A DNA stretch of 64,000 nucleotides from Actinomycetota bacterium. GTDB taxonomy: Bacteria > Actinomycetota > Actinomycetes > Nanopelagicales > Nanopelagicaceae. The stretch is from assembly GCA_009702965.1 (NCBI GenBank), contig WLHB01000001.1:30788-94787 (forward strand), read 5' to 3'. The position numbers were made by a program, and so were the translations under genes. Below are positions 1 to 9,728 of this stretch, one piece after another (position 1 is the first letter of the stretch; each line of letters begins with the position of its first letter). The notes under the pieces are model-generated. The model made no database searches. It was not told the origin of the DNA and was given only the letters and a program-made list of their open reading frames with translations.

Positions 1-402
1 ATCAAGGCGCTCAAAGAGGGATTAGATCCCATCTATCAAAAATCTGAAGTCACAACAGTGGGAAGAATTCGAGTGATCTCAACTTTACTTACTGACTACT
101 TCGATGGAGATCTCAGCGCCATCAGCGCCATCAAGACGAGCCAACCAGGAGGAGCCTTCTCTCAAGCTGCTTGGAAATCGATGCGTCGAGTCCGTGCAGG
201 CAAGGTGATTTCATATGCAGAGTTGGCAGAGAAATCGGGGAACCCGCGAGCAGTTCGGGCAGCAGGAAGTGCATGTGCCAAGAACGCAATCGTTTTAGTT
301 GTTCCATGTCATCGCATTGTAAAAACTGGTGGTGCGCTCGGTAATTATGCCTACGGCATAGATAAGAAAGAGTGGCTCTTAGCCCACGAGGGTCTTGCGT
401 AA
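1..402 (+). CDS. ogt: Methylated-DNA--protein-cysteine methyltransferase, 5'-truncated by window edge
   Basis: Frame open from base 1; SYAELA..GNPRAVRAAGSAC and active-site VPCHR motif. Confidence 0.93.
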   Translation: MKALKEGLDPIYQKSEVTTVGRIRVISTLLTDYFDGDLSAISAIKTSQPGGAFSQAAWKSMRRVRAGKVISYAELAEKSGNPRAVRAAGSACAKNAIVLVVPCHRIVKTGGALGNYAYGIDKKEWLLAHEGLA

Positions 403-1410
403 AATTTGAATCGCCTGATCGCATTGTGCATCATCAAAATCGCGATGGGTGACAAGGCGAGCAAAGTGTGGGCCAAGTGCTCCAATCAGCAGACCAGCGC
501 TCTTTGTACGATCAGCAAGTTCGGCAGCTGTGATACTTAAGCTTTTTAGATTAAGTCCAACGATATTTGTTTCAACCGTTGCAGGGTCAATCAGTGACGA
601 ATCGATAGAGGCGATTGCAGTGGCAAGTAATTGGGCACGGCGATGATCATGGGCAAGATCGTGCATGTGGTGCGTGATCGCATAATCTGCGGCGGCAGCA
701 AGAATTCCTACCTGGCGCATTCCAGCGCCATAGCGCTTTCGCCATATACGGGCTGTTGCGATTCGATCACGAGTTGAGAGCGCCATTGAACCGATCGGTG
801 CACCTAAACCCTTGGAGAAGCAGACACTTATTGTCTGCGCATACTTTCCATACTGATCAAGAGCTACACCACTTGCAATGTGAGCATTCCAAATTCGCGC
901 CCCATCAAGATGTATCGCGATACCTTCTTTGGTGGCACCTTCATAGAGAGCTTTCATTTGATCAAGGGGTTGTACGGTGCCTCCACCGAAGTTATGAGTA
1001 TTTTCAATGGCAATCGCAGCTGTTGAAACAAGATAAGGACCTGCGTTCGGCGCCGCAATCGCTAATGGTTGAGCCGCATCCAACAACCCAAAAGGAGCCT
1101 GCCATGTCCGCGTTGTGATTCCAGAAAAGGTTGCAGCAGCGCCAAGTTCGGCACGGACGACATGAGAGTTAACTTCAGCAAGTAATTCCTGTCCAGGTTG
1201 CACAAGTGTTCGCATCATCAATTGGTTGGCAAGTGAACCAGTCGGCGTGAAGAGCCCAGCTTCTTTGCCAAAGAGTGCTGCAACGCGTTCTTCAAGAGCG
1301 TTGACAGTAGGGTCATCGCCATAAACATCATCACCTACGGGTGCTTGCGCAATAACCTCGCGCATCGCTTGCGTTGGCTTAGTTACAGTATCTGAACGTA
1401 GATCAATCAC
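379..1410 (-). CDS. ltaE: Low-specificity L-threonine aldolase (PLP)
   Basis: [30 protein letters not shown] and CFSKGLGAP (PLP lysine) motifs. Confidence 0.93.
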   Translation of the reverse strand: MIDLRSDTVTKPTQAMREVIAQAPVGDDVYGDDPTVNALEERVAALFGKEAGLFTPTGSLANQLMMRTLVQPGQELLAEVNSHVVRAELGAAATFSGITTRTWQAPFGLLDAAQPLAIAAPNAGPYLVSTAAIAIENTHNFGGGTVQPLDQMKALYEGATKEGIAIHLDGARIWNAHIASGVALDQYGKYAQTISVCFSKGLGAPIGSMALSTRDRIATARIWRKRYGAGMRQVGILAAAADYAITHHMHDLAHDHRRAQLLATAIASIDSSLIDPATVETNIVGLNLKSLSITAAELADRTKSAGLLIGALGPHFARLVTHRDFDDAQCDQAIQILRKTLVG

Positions 1411-2273
1411 GAGCTTGGCTCCTTGATAACAATGAGATACATAGCAATAAGTAAAGTGATGCCACCCAGAATAACTTGTGGCGTCATCACTTCACGGCCA
1501 ATTGTGATGGCAAAGAATGCAGCAAAGACAACTTCAAGAGTCAGGATTACAGCCACCTTGGTTGAATCGATATGTGCTTGGGCCCAGGTTTGGACGATAA
1601 ATCCAAGTGCGGTCGCGACTATGGCGGTAAAGAAAACTACGGCCCACACTCCGTTATCTGGGGGAGCCTCGTACCCTTCAATAAATGCAAAAGTTCCGGT
1701 AAGAACTGTGACTGCAAAGAGCTGCACAAGTGTCATCGCATAGACATCACGCCCTGCACTCCACTGTCCCAGTGCAACGATATGTCCAGCAAAGGCGATG
1801 GCGCAGAGAAGAACTAGGAATTCACCAAATCCCATCGACCAACCTCGTAGAGATAAGAGCGCAAGGCCAACGGTTGCCAGCGCCACACAGCCCCAGGTGA
1901 AGAGAGATATCTTTTTCTTAAGAAAGAGTGCTGAAATCAACGGAGTAGCAACAACGTAGAGACCAGTAATGAAGCCCGTAATCGCTGCACCTGTGCGAGC
2001 AAGACCCTCAGTTTGCAAGATGAAGCCAGCACCTAAAAGTAATCCGGCGGAGAAAGCTTTTATAAAAAGCTCCTTAGTAATCAAGCGAAAGATCATGGGA
2101 CGAATTGCCAATAAAACAAGTGTGGCAATTCCAAAACGAGTGAAGAGAAAACTGTTCACACTCTGACGTTCAATCGAATCTTTCATAATGACAAATGCCA
2201 GCCCCCACGCTGCAGCCAAGGAGATCAGCGCAATAGGGGCAAGGCGTAAAGGATTAGCACTTTTTTGTAACAT
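1407..2273 (-). CDS. EamA/DMT family transporter
   Basis: About 10 hydrophobic segments in two EamA repeats; start moved to ATG 2273 to avoid overlapping nfo. Confidence 0.88.
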   Translation of the reverse strand: MLQKSANPLRLAPIALISLAAAWGLAFVIMKDSIERQSVNSFLFTRFGIATLVLLAIRPMIFRLITKELFIKAFSAGLLLGAGFILQTEGLARTGAAITGFITGLYVVATPLISALFLKKKISLFTWGCVALATVGLALLSLRGWSMGFGEFLVLLCAIAFAGHIVALGQWSAGRDVYAMTLVQLFAVTVLTGTFAFIEGYEAPPDNGVWAVVFFTAIVATALGFIVQTWAQAHIDSTKVAVILTLEVVFAAFFAITIGREVMTPQVILGGITLLIAMYLIVIKEPSS

Positions 2274-2280
2274 GGAAGAT

Positions 2281-3159
2281 CTAACCCTTGCGCAATTTCT
2301 TGAGGAGTGCGATCTCTTTTCCATGCTCGGGTTCCATGCCAGGAGTTTCGAGAATCAGTGGTGCATTTGCAACTGCAGGGTGTGCCAATAACTCCTTAAA
2401 TGGGTCGACTCCAATAAATCCCTCGCCGATATTTTGGTGGCGATCTTTGAGAGCCCCACACACATCCATTGAGTCATTGGCATGAATAAGTTGAATTCGT
2501 TCAGCGCCCGCCACTTCAACTAAGAGATCAAGAGTCTCTTTCATTCCACCTTTTGTAGCAATGTCATGGCCTGCGGCAAATACATGACAGGTGTCGAGAC
2601 ATATTCCAACTTTTGGGTGATACTCCAGCGCCTTTAAGTAGTGCTCTAGATCCTCGAGCCGTTTAACTAACGATTGACCTTGTCCTGCCGTTGGCTCCAG
2701 CAAAAGGTATGGAGCATCTTCGGTCAGTTCATTAAGGATCGGCATCATGCCTTCATGTATCTGCTTCCAAGCTCTCTCAATGAAATCTTCATTAACTGCA
2801 GAGCCGGTATGGACAACAACACCTAATGCGCCAATCTCTTTGCCACGTTTAAGTGAATACTTCGTTGATGCCAATGAATTCTTATATGTGCCTTCAGTGG
2901 GTGAACCTAAGTTAATGAGAAAAGGTGCATGTACGTACACTTCAAGATCAAGTTCATCTGCACGCTCACGAAAGAGTGCATCAGCCTCGTGATTGGTTTC
3001 AGGCATTGCCCACCCACGTGGATTAGATGTAAAGACTTGAATCGCTTCGGCCTCGGTAATGCGCGCATATTCAATGGAGCGTTTAGCCATTCCACCACTT
3101 GTTGGGGTGTGGGCTCCGATACGCGGGCGGGGCTGTGATTGTGAAGACTGTGAAGGCAC
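2281..3159 (-). CDS. nfo: Endonuclease IV (AP endonuclease)
   Basis: VHAPFLINL, VVHTG, LLEPTAG, CLDTCH, HANDS, DRH and ILETP metal-binding motifs. Confidence 0.93.
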   Translation of the reverse strand: MPSQSSQSQPRPRIGAHTPTSGGMAKRSIEYARITEAEAIQVFTSNPRGWAMPETNHEADALFRERADELDLEVYVHAPFLINLGSPTEGTYKNSLASTKYSLKRGKEIGALGVVVHTGSAVNEDFIERAWKQIHEGMMPILNELTEDAPYLLLEPTAGQGQSLVKRLEDLEHYLKALEYHPKVGICLDTCHVFAAGHDIATKGGMKETLDLLVEVAGAERIQLIHANDSMDVCGALKDRHQNIGEGFIGVDPFKELLAHPAVANAPLILETPGMEPEHGKEIALLKKLRKG

Positions 3160-3163
3160 GGGC

Positions 3164-5044
3164 TTACCCTACTGTGATCGTCACCGTAGTTCCACGCTTG
3201 ACCTTCGTATTTATCTTCGGATTAATGCCAATCACTACCTTTGAGGTTTTCGTGACCTTCTTCACTTCAACAGTGAGCCCTAAATCTTCCAAGACGGCCA
3301 CAGCCCGCTCTTTGGTGTAACGCAAAATATTTGGGATAAATACAAAGGCAGATCCCCGCGAAATGAATATCTCAACTTGCGCACCAGCAGGAAGTGCAAC
3401 ACCAGCTGCAGGTTTCTGCGATATCACTTCGCCAGGCATTACGACCTCATCGTAAACATATGTGGGCGTCACATTGAATCCTGCATCTGTTAACTCATTA
3501 AGCGCCTGATCACCATTTTTTCCAACGTAAGAAGTTAAATCGAAAGTCTCGATACCTTTACTGACGACGAGGTCAACCAGAGTGTCTCGTTTTACTTGAG
3601 TTCCATTTTTCGGATTTGATGAGATTACTAATCCTTTAGGAACCTTGGCGTTAAAGACCTCAGTCACATCACCGGCCCGTAAAGGAGTTTCTGCCAGGAT
3701 TTTAAGCGCAGCGTCAGCTGTCATCTTTGTCAGTAGAGGTACTGCAAAGCGCTCGGCACCTTTCGATACGGTCAGAGAAACAACTCCGCCTGGATCAATT
3801 GAATCTCCAGCAGATGGATCTGTAGAAAGAACTCGACCCTTTGGAATCTCTTCGTCAAAGAGCTCTTGAGTAATAGTTGTCTCTAATCCAAGTGCAGTAA
3901 GGGTGGTATTAGCCTGCTCAACAGTGGCGCCAACGACAGAAGGAAATTTCACTGAAGCACCAGGTCCGGCCAGAACCCACCAGCCTGTCACTACAAGAAC
4001 AAGTGCTAAGGCGGCTGCGATCCAACGATTACGTCGCACTCGACTACTTACTTTTCTACGAGCCTTGACCTGATCTGTAGTCTCTGATGATTTCGCAGTT
4101 GGTTCAACTGCTGCAATCTTTTCAGAGCGCTTCTTTGTCTTTTCTCTCATCGGCGCAATCGGAATATCAAGTTCAAGACTTAGTTGAGGTGCGGATGGAT
4201 TCAGTGAATGTGAAATGGCTAGAAGTTCTGAATGAAATACCTGAGCATCACGGGGACGTTCATCAGGGTCAACTCGGGTAGCTCTGTAGATGAGGTCATC
4301 TAGCGCTTGCGGGACATTGTCTACAAGTGAACTAATTCGAGGGACTTGTGAGTTCACATGCATGAAGGCAATCTGTATCGGCTCATCTCCTTCAAAGGGT
4401 TTAGCGCCGGTAAAAATTTCAAAGGCGGTGATGGCCGCTGAATACACATCACTACGAGAATCGGCTATTCCTCGTGAAACCTGCTCTGGTGAAAGGTATG
4501 AAACGCTACCCAAGATCACACTTGATTCAGCTGTCATCGTGCTTCCGATCAGTGCGCCCTTGGCCAGGCCAAAGTCAGCAATTTTAATGCGGCCTTCTTT
4601 TGATACCAGAATGTTTTCAGGCTTTATGTCACGATGAACTATTCCCAACTTGTGGGCTGCTCCTAAAGCACTTAAGACTGGGAGTAAAAACTTTATTCCA
4701 TCTGCAATCGGAATTGTTCCGCGCTCGGTTAAGTACTCTCTTAAGGTATGTCCGACAACCATCTCCATCACAATAAAGACAGCAGGAACTCCACTTTGAT
4801 TCCACCCTTGATCTTGCACAGAGACAATGTTTGGGTGGCTTAGCGCAGCAGCGGCCTTTGCTTCTCGAATAAATCTTTCAACAAATTGTTCATCTTGAGC
4901 AAGGTGAGCGTGCATGATCTTCACCGCTACGCGACGATCAAGTCGAGTATCTATCGCCTCATAGATTGTCGCCATTCCTCCAGAGCCCATTTGCTTCAGG
5001 AGCTGATAGCGCCCATCGATGAGATGGCCAGTGAGATCAGACAT
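3164..5044 (-). CDS. PASTA-domain Ser/Thr protein kinase (PknL/Stk1-like)
   Basis: GSGGMA, VAVK, HRDIKPEN, DFG and SPE motifs, one TM helix, about 4 PASTA repeats; genomic position typical of pknL. Confidence 0.92.
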   Translation of the reverse strand: MSDLTGHLIDGRYQLLKQMGSGGMATIYEAIDTRLDRRVAVKIMHAHLAQDEQFVERFIREAKAAAALSHPNIVSVQDQGWNQSGVPAVFIVMEMVVGHTLREYLTERGTIPIADGIKFLLPVLSALGAAHKLGIVHRDIKPENILVSKEGRIKIADFGLAKGALIGSTMTAESSVILGSVSYLSPEQVSRGIADSRSDVYSAAITAFEIFTGAKPFEGDEPIQIAFMHVNSQVPRISSLVDNVPQALDDLIYRATRVDPDERPRDAQVFHSELLAISHSLNPSAPQLSLELDIPIAPMREKTKKRSEKIAAVEPTAKSSETTDQVKARRKVSSRVRRNRWIAAALALVLVVTGWWVLAGPGASVKFPSVVGATVEQANTTLTALGLETTITQELFDEEIPKGRVLSTDPSAGDSIDPGGVVSLTVSKGAERFAVPLLTKMTADAALKILAETPLRAGDVTEVFNAKVPKGLVISSNPKNGTQVKRDTLVDLVVSKGIETFDLTSYVGKNGDQALNELTDAGFNVTPTYVYDEVVMPGEVISQKPAAGVALPAGAQVEIFISRGSAFVFIPNILRYTKERAVAVLEDLGLTVEVKKVTKTSKVVIGINPKINTKVKRGTTVTITVG

Positions 5045-5053
5045 GGGTAAATT

Positions 5054-5590
5054 TTAGGTTGAAAGTACGAATTCAGAGCGCTCTTTCGTGCGATCGCTGA
5101 TGAAGTGTTGCTCCTGTTCTTCTAGCCACAAAGTCATCGAGTCCAAAATCTCTTCTCCATCGCGCTCTATAACTCGCTTGAATCCAACTGTTGGGTCAAG
5201 ATCAAGCCAAATCGATGTCGAGAGATATTCCTCAATAGCACGTTGCGAACTTCCAACACCTTCGAGGATCAGCAGTGATGTACTGCCATGAAGACGCGGA
5301 GAGTCAAAGCGTTTTTCTGACCAGTTAAAGGGGGAGTAGATCAGATCCTTCTTTGCCTTATGACAGCTGGTGATCCACGTCAGTGATTCCGTGAGTTTTT
5401 CTCCAAGCGCTCCATCCCACCCTGCATACAGATCATCCATATGGATCACCGTAATTGTGAAGTCATTAGATAGGGCGAGAGAAAGTGTCGAAGCGAGAGT
5501 GGTTTTCCCCGCACCTGCCGGCCCATCAATGGCGATGATGGGCTGATCAGATTTGCTACAAATATCAGCGAGTGCTGCGATAAGTTCCAT
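5054..5590 (-). CDS. P-loop kinase, uridine/nucleoside kinase-like
   Basis: IAIDGPAGAGKTT Walker A, HMDDLY and LILEG; likely start ATG 5590, overlapping the end of the PnuC gene. Confidence 0.82.
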   Translation of the reverse strand: MELIAALADICSKSDQPIIAIDGPAGAGKTTLASTLSLALSNDFTITVIHMDDLYAGWDGALGEKLTESLTWITSCHKAKKDLIYSPFNWSEKRFDSPRLHGSTSLLILEGVGSSQRAIEEYLSTSIWLDLDPTVGFKRVIERDGEEILDSMTLWLEEQEQHFISDRTKERSEFVLST

Positions 5591-6110
5591 ACCATTGCCT
5601 CCACCCAACTGCCGCAACAATTGTAAATACAAAGAATAGAGCAGAGGTAAGAAAGACTTCTTGTGAGTAGAAAAGCGCTGTATATCCAATATTGATGACA
5701 AGCCACATCGGCCAAGCTTCATACTTTTGGTAGACCATCAACATCTGAGCCGCGATTGAGCCAAAAAATAGCCCAGCATCGGCATACGTTGACGCTGCAC
5801 CGAGTCGTTCAAGAATTGGGGCAAGCCCTAAGGTAAGAATGAGAATTAAGAGAAGAAGGTAGATGCGATAAGAGTTCTTGATTCTTCCCGGAACGGCTCC
5901 TTTCTTTCCCCAACCAAACCAGCCTGCAATCGCTGCTGCAATGAAAACTAATTGAAGTGCAGAGCTAGCAAAGTAATCAGATTGAAGGTAGAAAACTCCA
6001 TAAAGAGCACTGCCTAGTATCCAGAATGGCCAGGTAATTCTCTTTCCAGTTACGCCAAGTGAGACTGCGATAAATGAGACAGTTGCTGCAACTATTTCTA
6101 GGGTCGACAT
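5565..6110 (-). CDS. PnuC-family vitamin transporter (probably thiamine-related, PnuT-like)
   Basis: PnuC-type pattern (LEIVA, TWPFWI, ALQL, GWFGW, AQMLM..QKYEAWPMW); preceded by a TPP-like riboswitch. Confidence 0.85.
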   Translation of the reverse strand: MSTLEIVAATVSFIAVSLGVTGKRITWPFWILGSALYGVFYLQSDYFASSALQLVFIAAAIAGWFGWGKKGAVPGRIKNSYRIYLLLLILILTLGLAPILERLGAASTYADAGLFFGSIAAQMLMVYQKYEAWPMWLVINIGYTALFYSQEVFLTSALFFVFTIVAAVGWRQWYGTYRSTR

Positions 6111-6211
6111 GAGTGATTCCTTTCCGCGTCCGCATTACCGGACGGGTCTAGCGGTCGATCTCACGTTGAGATCCTCTCAGCAGCGCTTGTAATAAGCGCA
6201 TGTGCTCCCGC
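6111..6211 (-). ncRNA. TPP-class riboswitch, structurally variant
   Basis: Minus strand reads GCGGGAGCA-[GCGCUU/AAGCGC stem]-UGCUGAGAG-[GAUCUCA/UGAGAUC stem]-GACCGC-UAGACCCGUCCG-GUAAUG-CGGACGCGGAAAGGA then AUG. It has the CUGAGA hallmark, P2 GCGG/CCGC and L5 GUAAUG. Confidence 0.85.
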
Positions 6212-6215
6212 GTTT

Positions 6216-7127
6216 TTAGTCTAGCGCACGACGAGCAGAAAGAGCCTGAACGTATGCCTTACCCGCCACACGAATCCTGCGGGCAGTAGATGTCTTGGCA
6301 CGTTTATTAAAAACGTCATAGCCGATTGCTTCGACTTCATCAACGATTCCACAGTAGAGCTCACTAGCAGCGCGAATACAGGGCCGGCTCGTTGGGTGCA
6401 ACAAATCAATACCAGGATCGGCTTCTCTTTGTAATTCTCGCACTCGTGCAATTTGAAACTTAAGGGCACGAACTATCTCAGGGGTTAACTTTCTGGCATA
6501 GAGCATCTCTTCATCAACACCATCGGCGGCGAGCTCATCAAGAGGTAGGTAGATGCGCCCTCTATCAAGATCTTCTCCAACATCTCGAATGAAGTTCGCC
6601 AATTGGAAAGCGACTCCAAGTTTTTCCGCCGGTGCGTAAGCGCCATCAGAAAGAGGGCCGAGAATAGGAACCATTTGAAGCCCAATCACGGCTGCAGATC
6701 CATAGACGTATTCACTTAAATCCTTGAATGTTGCGTATGTACCTACTGTTAAATCCATCTCCATAGAGTGAAGAAAATCAACGAAGTGTTGGTGGGGGAT
6801 TTTAAATCGTGTGACTGTATCAACAAGGGCAGCCCCTACTGCGTCACTACTTTTTCCAGTTTCCAAATCCTTAAGAACCCCTGAGCTCCACTTATGAAGA
6901 GCATCTGCCTTTTCTTGGGGCGAAAGCGTTGATGCTAAATCATCAACAATCTCATCGGCATATCGCGCAAACCCATAAAGTGCGTGGACAAAGGGCCGCT
7001 TTTCTTTCGGCAAAAGGAGAGTTGCTAAGTAATAAGTTTTTCCATGGAGAGAATTAAGTCTTTTACACTCGCTATATGATGCACGCAGGGCAGGATCAGA
7101 GATGCCTGCAGCATCTAACTCATTCAT
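6216..7127 (-). CDS. crtB: Phytoene synthase
   Basis: LYGFARYADEIVDD and AFQLANFIRDVGED..RGRIYLP motifs. Confidence 0.95.
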   Translation of the reverse strand: MNELDAAGISDPALRASYSECKRLNSLHGKTYYLATLLLPKEKRPFVHALYGFARYADEIVDDLASTLSPQEKADALHKWSSGVLKDLETGKSSDAVGAALVDTVTRFKIPHQHFVDFLHSMEMDLTVGTYATFKDLSEYVYGSAAVIGLQMVPILGPLSDGAYAPAEKLGVAFQLANFIRDVGEDLDRGRIYLPLDELAADGVDEEMLYARKLTPEIVRALKFQIARVRELQREADPGIDLLHPTSRPCIRAASELYCGIVDEVEAIGYDVFNKRAKTSTARRIRVAGKAYVQALSARRALD

Positions 7128-8611
7128 TACTTAACAGGTCCAACAATTCGTTCAGCAGCAAGTCGTCCTGAAATCAGAACCATCGGTACGCCTACTCCTG
7201 GCTGTGTTCCAGAACCGGCAAAGACGATGTTTTCAAAACCTGCAGCGATATTGCGTGGTCTAAATGGACCAGTTTGGAAAAATGTGTGAGCACTGGCAAA
7301 TGGCGCTCCACGTTCCATTCCCTGTGCCTGCCAATCAAGAGGAGTAGTCATTACTTCGGTTTCGATGCCAGCGCTGAAATCGGTGTAGCCACGATCTTCA
7401 AGAGTTTTGATCATATGGTCACGATATGGACCAGCCTGCTTCTTCCAATCAATATCAGCATCAAGGTTTGGTGTCGGATAGAGAATGTAATACGACTCTT
7501 TTCCGGCTGGGGCAAGAGCGGGATCATCTTTGCTTGGAATCGTGACGAGTACTGAAGGATCTGTCATCAAAATCTTCTTATTGATTAATTCGTCAAAAAC
7601 TCCATCCCATGACTCACCAAAATGAATGTTGTGATGCGCGGCGTGGTCATATTTCTTCGAGGATCCGACGAGCAAGGTCACACAAGATGGCGAATACTTA
7701 AGACGCTTGATGTTCAGTGGGGTCTTTCCAAGAAGATCTCGCCACACAACCGGCAGATCTGGATTCATCACCAATGCATCACACTCATAGCGCTCACCTG
7801 TTGCCGTTGTCACCGCGCGGGCGCGTGAATTAACAACCTCAACGCCGGTGACCTCTGTGTTGTACTTAAAGATCACTCCATGTTTTTCAGCCGCCGCAGC
7901 CAGTGCGCGGGGGACTGCGTGCATTCCACCTTTAGGGAAGAAGACGCCATTGACTGAATCCATATAGGCAATAACTGCATAGATAGCAAGTGCTTGCTGT
8001 GGGCTCACGCCGGCATACATGGCTTGGAATGAGTACACCTTTTGCAGGCGTGGGTCTTTAAGAAATTGATTTACCTTTGGTGAAAGTTTCCTAAATCCAC
8101 CGAGTGCAATAAGCCGAGCAAGATTGGGTGTGAGCAAGTTAAAGGGGGAATCAATGTTTCGATCAATGAAGTCGTTCATCTCATACTTATAGAGCTTGGT
8201 AACAAAATCCACATAGCGGCGATACCCGAGCGCTTCTTCAGCGCTGACTGTTCGTCTAATTTCTTCTTCCATCTCTGCAGTGTCCGCATGAACATTGATC
8301 ACGCTTCCATCATGATAAAAAGCGCGATAGAGCGGCTTCACTGGAGTGAGTTCTAGCCAATCTTTCATATCTTCGCCAACGCAAGAAAATGCATCTTGAA
8401 TCAGTGATGGCATTGTGAGAACAGATGGGCCGGTATCAAAAGCGTAGCCATCTTTTTTAAGAAGACCGTTGCGACCACCAGGAACGCTTTCACGTTCAAG
8501 AACTGTCACTTTACGTCCTGCGCCAGCAAGGCGAAGGGCAGCGCTCAAGCCGGCAAGACCTGCGCCGACAACGACAACGTGATCTGTCGGGCCTTTAATG
8601 CGTGCAACCAT
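7127..8611 (-). CDS. crtI: Phytoene desaturase
   Basis: GAGLAG FAD motif, FDTGPS, FPKGG, FQTGPFRP and GSGTQPGVGVPMV; coupled to crtB. Confidence 0.93.
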   Translation of the reverse strand: MVARIKGPTDHVVVVGAGLAGLSAALRLAGAGRKVTVLERESVPGGRNGLLKKDGYAFDTGPSVLTMPSLIQDAFSCVGEDMKDWLELTPVKPLYRAFYHDGSVINVHADTAEMEEEIRRTVSAEEALGYRRYVDFVTKLYKYEMNDFIDRNIDSPFNLLTPNLARLIALGGFRKLSPKVNQFLKDPRLQKVYSFQAMYAGVSPQQALAIYAVIAYMDSVNGVFFPKGGMHAVPRALAAAAEKHGVIFKYNTEVTGVEVVNSRARAVTTATGERYECDALVMNPDLPVVWRDLLGKTPLNIKRLKYSPSCVTLLVGSSKKYDHAAHHNIHFGESWDGVFDELINKKILMTDPSVLVTIPSKDDPALAPAGKESYYILYPTPNLDADIDWKKQAGPYRDHMIKTLEDRGYTDFSAGIETEVMTTPLDWQAQGMERGAPFASAHTFFQTGPFRPRNIAAGFENIVFAGSGTQPGVGVPMVLISGRLAAERIVGPVK

Positions 8612-8619
8612 GATCGCTC

Positions 8620-9705
8620 CTAGCTCTTTCGCGCAGTTGCACTAGCGGCAAGTGCTGATAATAAATCCTGTGAATCAGGTGCTATCTCATGAGACTGTGA
8701 TGCCTGGAGAGCGTCGTAGGTTAATTTCTCAATCAACCCTTCAACACTTTCCACTGCGCCACTATCAATAATGATGCCCCGAAGTACTTCAATGATCTCA
8801 TGAGATAGATCTGGCCGCCCAAGATAGGAAAGTAGTTCGGCTCGTCCAGCATCGGTTGTACGTTCCATGGCCATCGCCATCAAGACTGTGCGCTTTCCTT
8901 CGCGTAGGTCATCTCCAGCGGGCTTTCCAGTGATAGATGGATCACCAAAAATCCCCAAGAGATCATCGCGTAATTGAAAAGCTTCACCGAGGGGGAGTCC
9001 GTATTCTGAAAGCTTCCAGTTGAGCGGATTATCTTTGCTTGGGTTACCAAGTGCGATCGCAGCACCTAGATGAAGTGGACGTTCAATACTGTACTTTCCA
9101 GATTTAAAGCGTGCGATGCGCAGAGATCGATCCACGCTAAAACTCTTCTCGCCCGCTTCGCGAACATCGAGATACTGCCCAGCCATTAACTCAATTCTCA
9201 TTTCATCATGAATTTCTAGCGCGGCGAGTAACTTCGTCGATGAGATACCTGATGTATGAAGCATGTGATCAGATTGCACGAGTGCAAGGTCGCCTAACAG
9301 GATGGCCGCGGCTGTACCGAATTGTTCTGATAGCCCGGCCAATGCGTGCTCTTGGTGCAGGTTTTCAAATCGGCGATGGATCGCAGGTTTGCCACGGCGA
9401 GTATCGGATGCATCCATAAGATCATCATGAATCAGGGCGCAGGCCTGCAAAAATTCCAGACTTGCAAAGGCTTTTATCTCATTCGGTCCTACCTCTTTGC
9501 CAGCAGCTCTATGGCCAGCGTATGCAAAGAGAGGGCGAAGTCGCTTTCCGCCATCAAGGATGAATTCTTCAAGTCCATCACAGACAGGGGCTAACTGAGA
9601 GCCGATCGTTGTCAGATGCACCCGCGCATCGGCAAGATATAACGCAAGGGCTGCTTGAACTTGCTCGCGTACGGATACAAGTTCATCCATAACCTGACTA
9701 TTCAC
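8620..9705 (-). CDS. crtE: Geranylgeranyl diphosphate synthase (polyprenyl synthetase)
   Basis: GGKRLRP, IHDDLMD..RRG and FQLRDDLLG motifs. Confidence 0.9.
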   Translation of the reverse strand: MNSQVMDELVSVREQVQAALALYLADARVHLTTIGSQLAPVCDGLEEFILDGGKRLRPLFAYAGHRAAGKEVGPNEIKAFASLEFLQACALIHDDLMDASDTRRGKPAIHRRFENLHQEHALAGLSEQFGTAAAILLGDLALVQSDHMLHTSGISSTKLLAALEIHDEMRIELMAGQYLDVREAGEKSFSVDRSLRIARFKSGKYSIERPLHLGAAIALGNPSKDNPLNWKLSEYGLPLGEAFQLRDDLLGIFGDPSITGKPAGDDLREGKRTVLMAMAMERTTDAGRAELLSYLGRPDLSHEIIEVLRGIIIDSGAVESVEGLIEKLTYDALQASQSHEIAPDSQDLLSALAASATARKS

Positions 9706-9728
9706 GGGGGCAACGGTACCCTGACGCG
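9706..9728. promoter_or_regulatory. Overlapping divergent -10 elements (leaderless crtE and metF)
   Basis: TACCCT (+, 9717-9722) lies 6 nt before GTG 9729; TACCGT (-, 9718-9713) lies 7 nt before GTG 9705. Confidence 0.65.
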
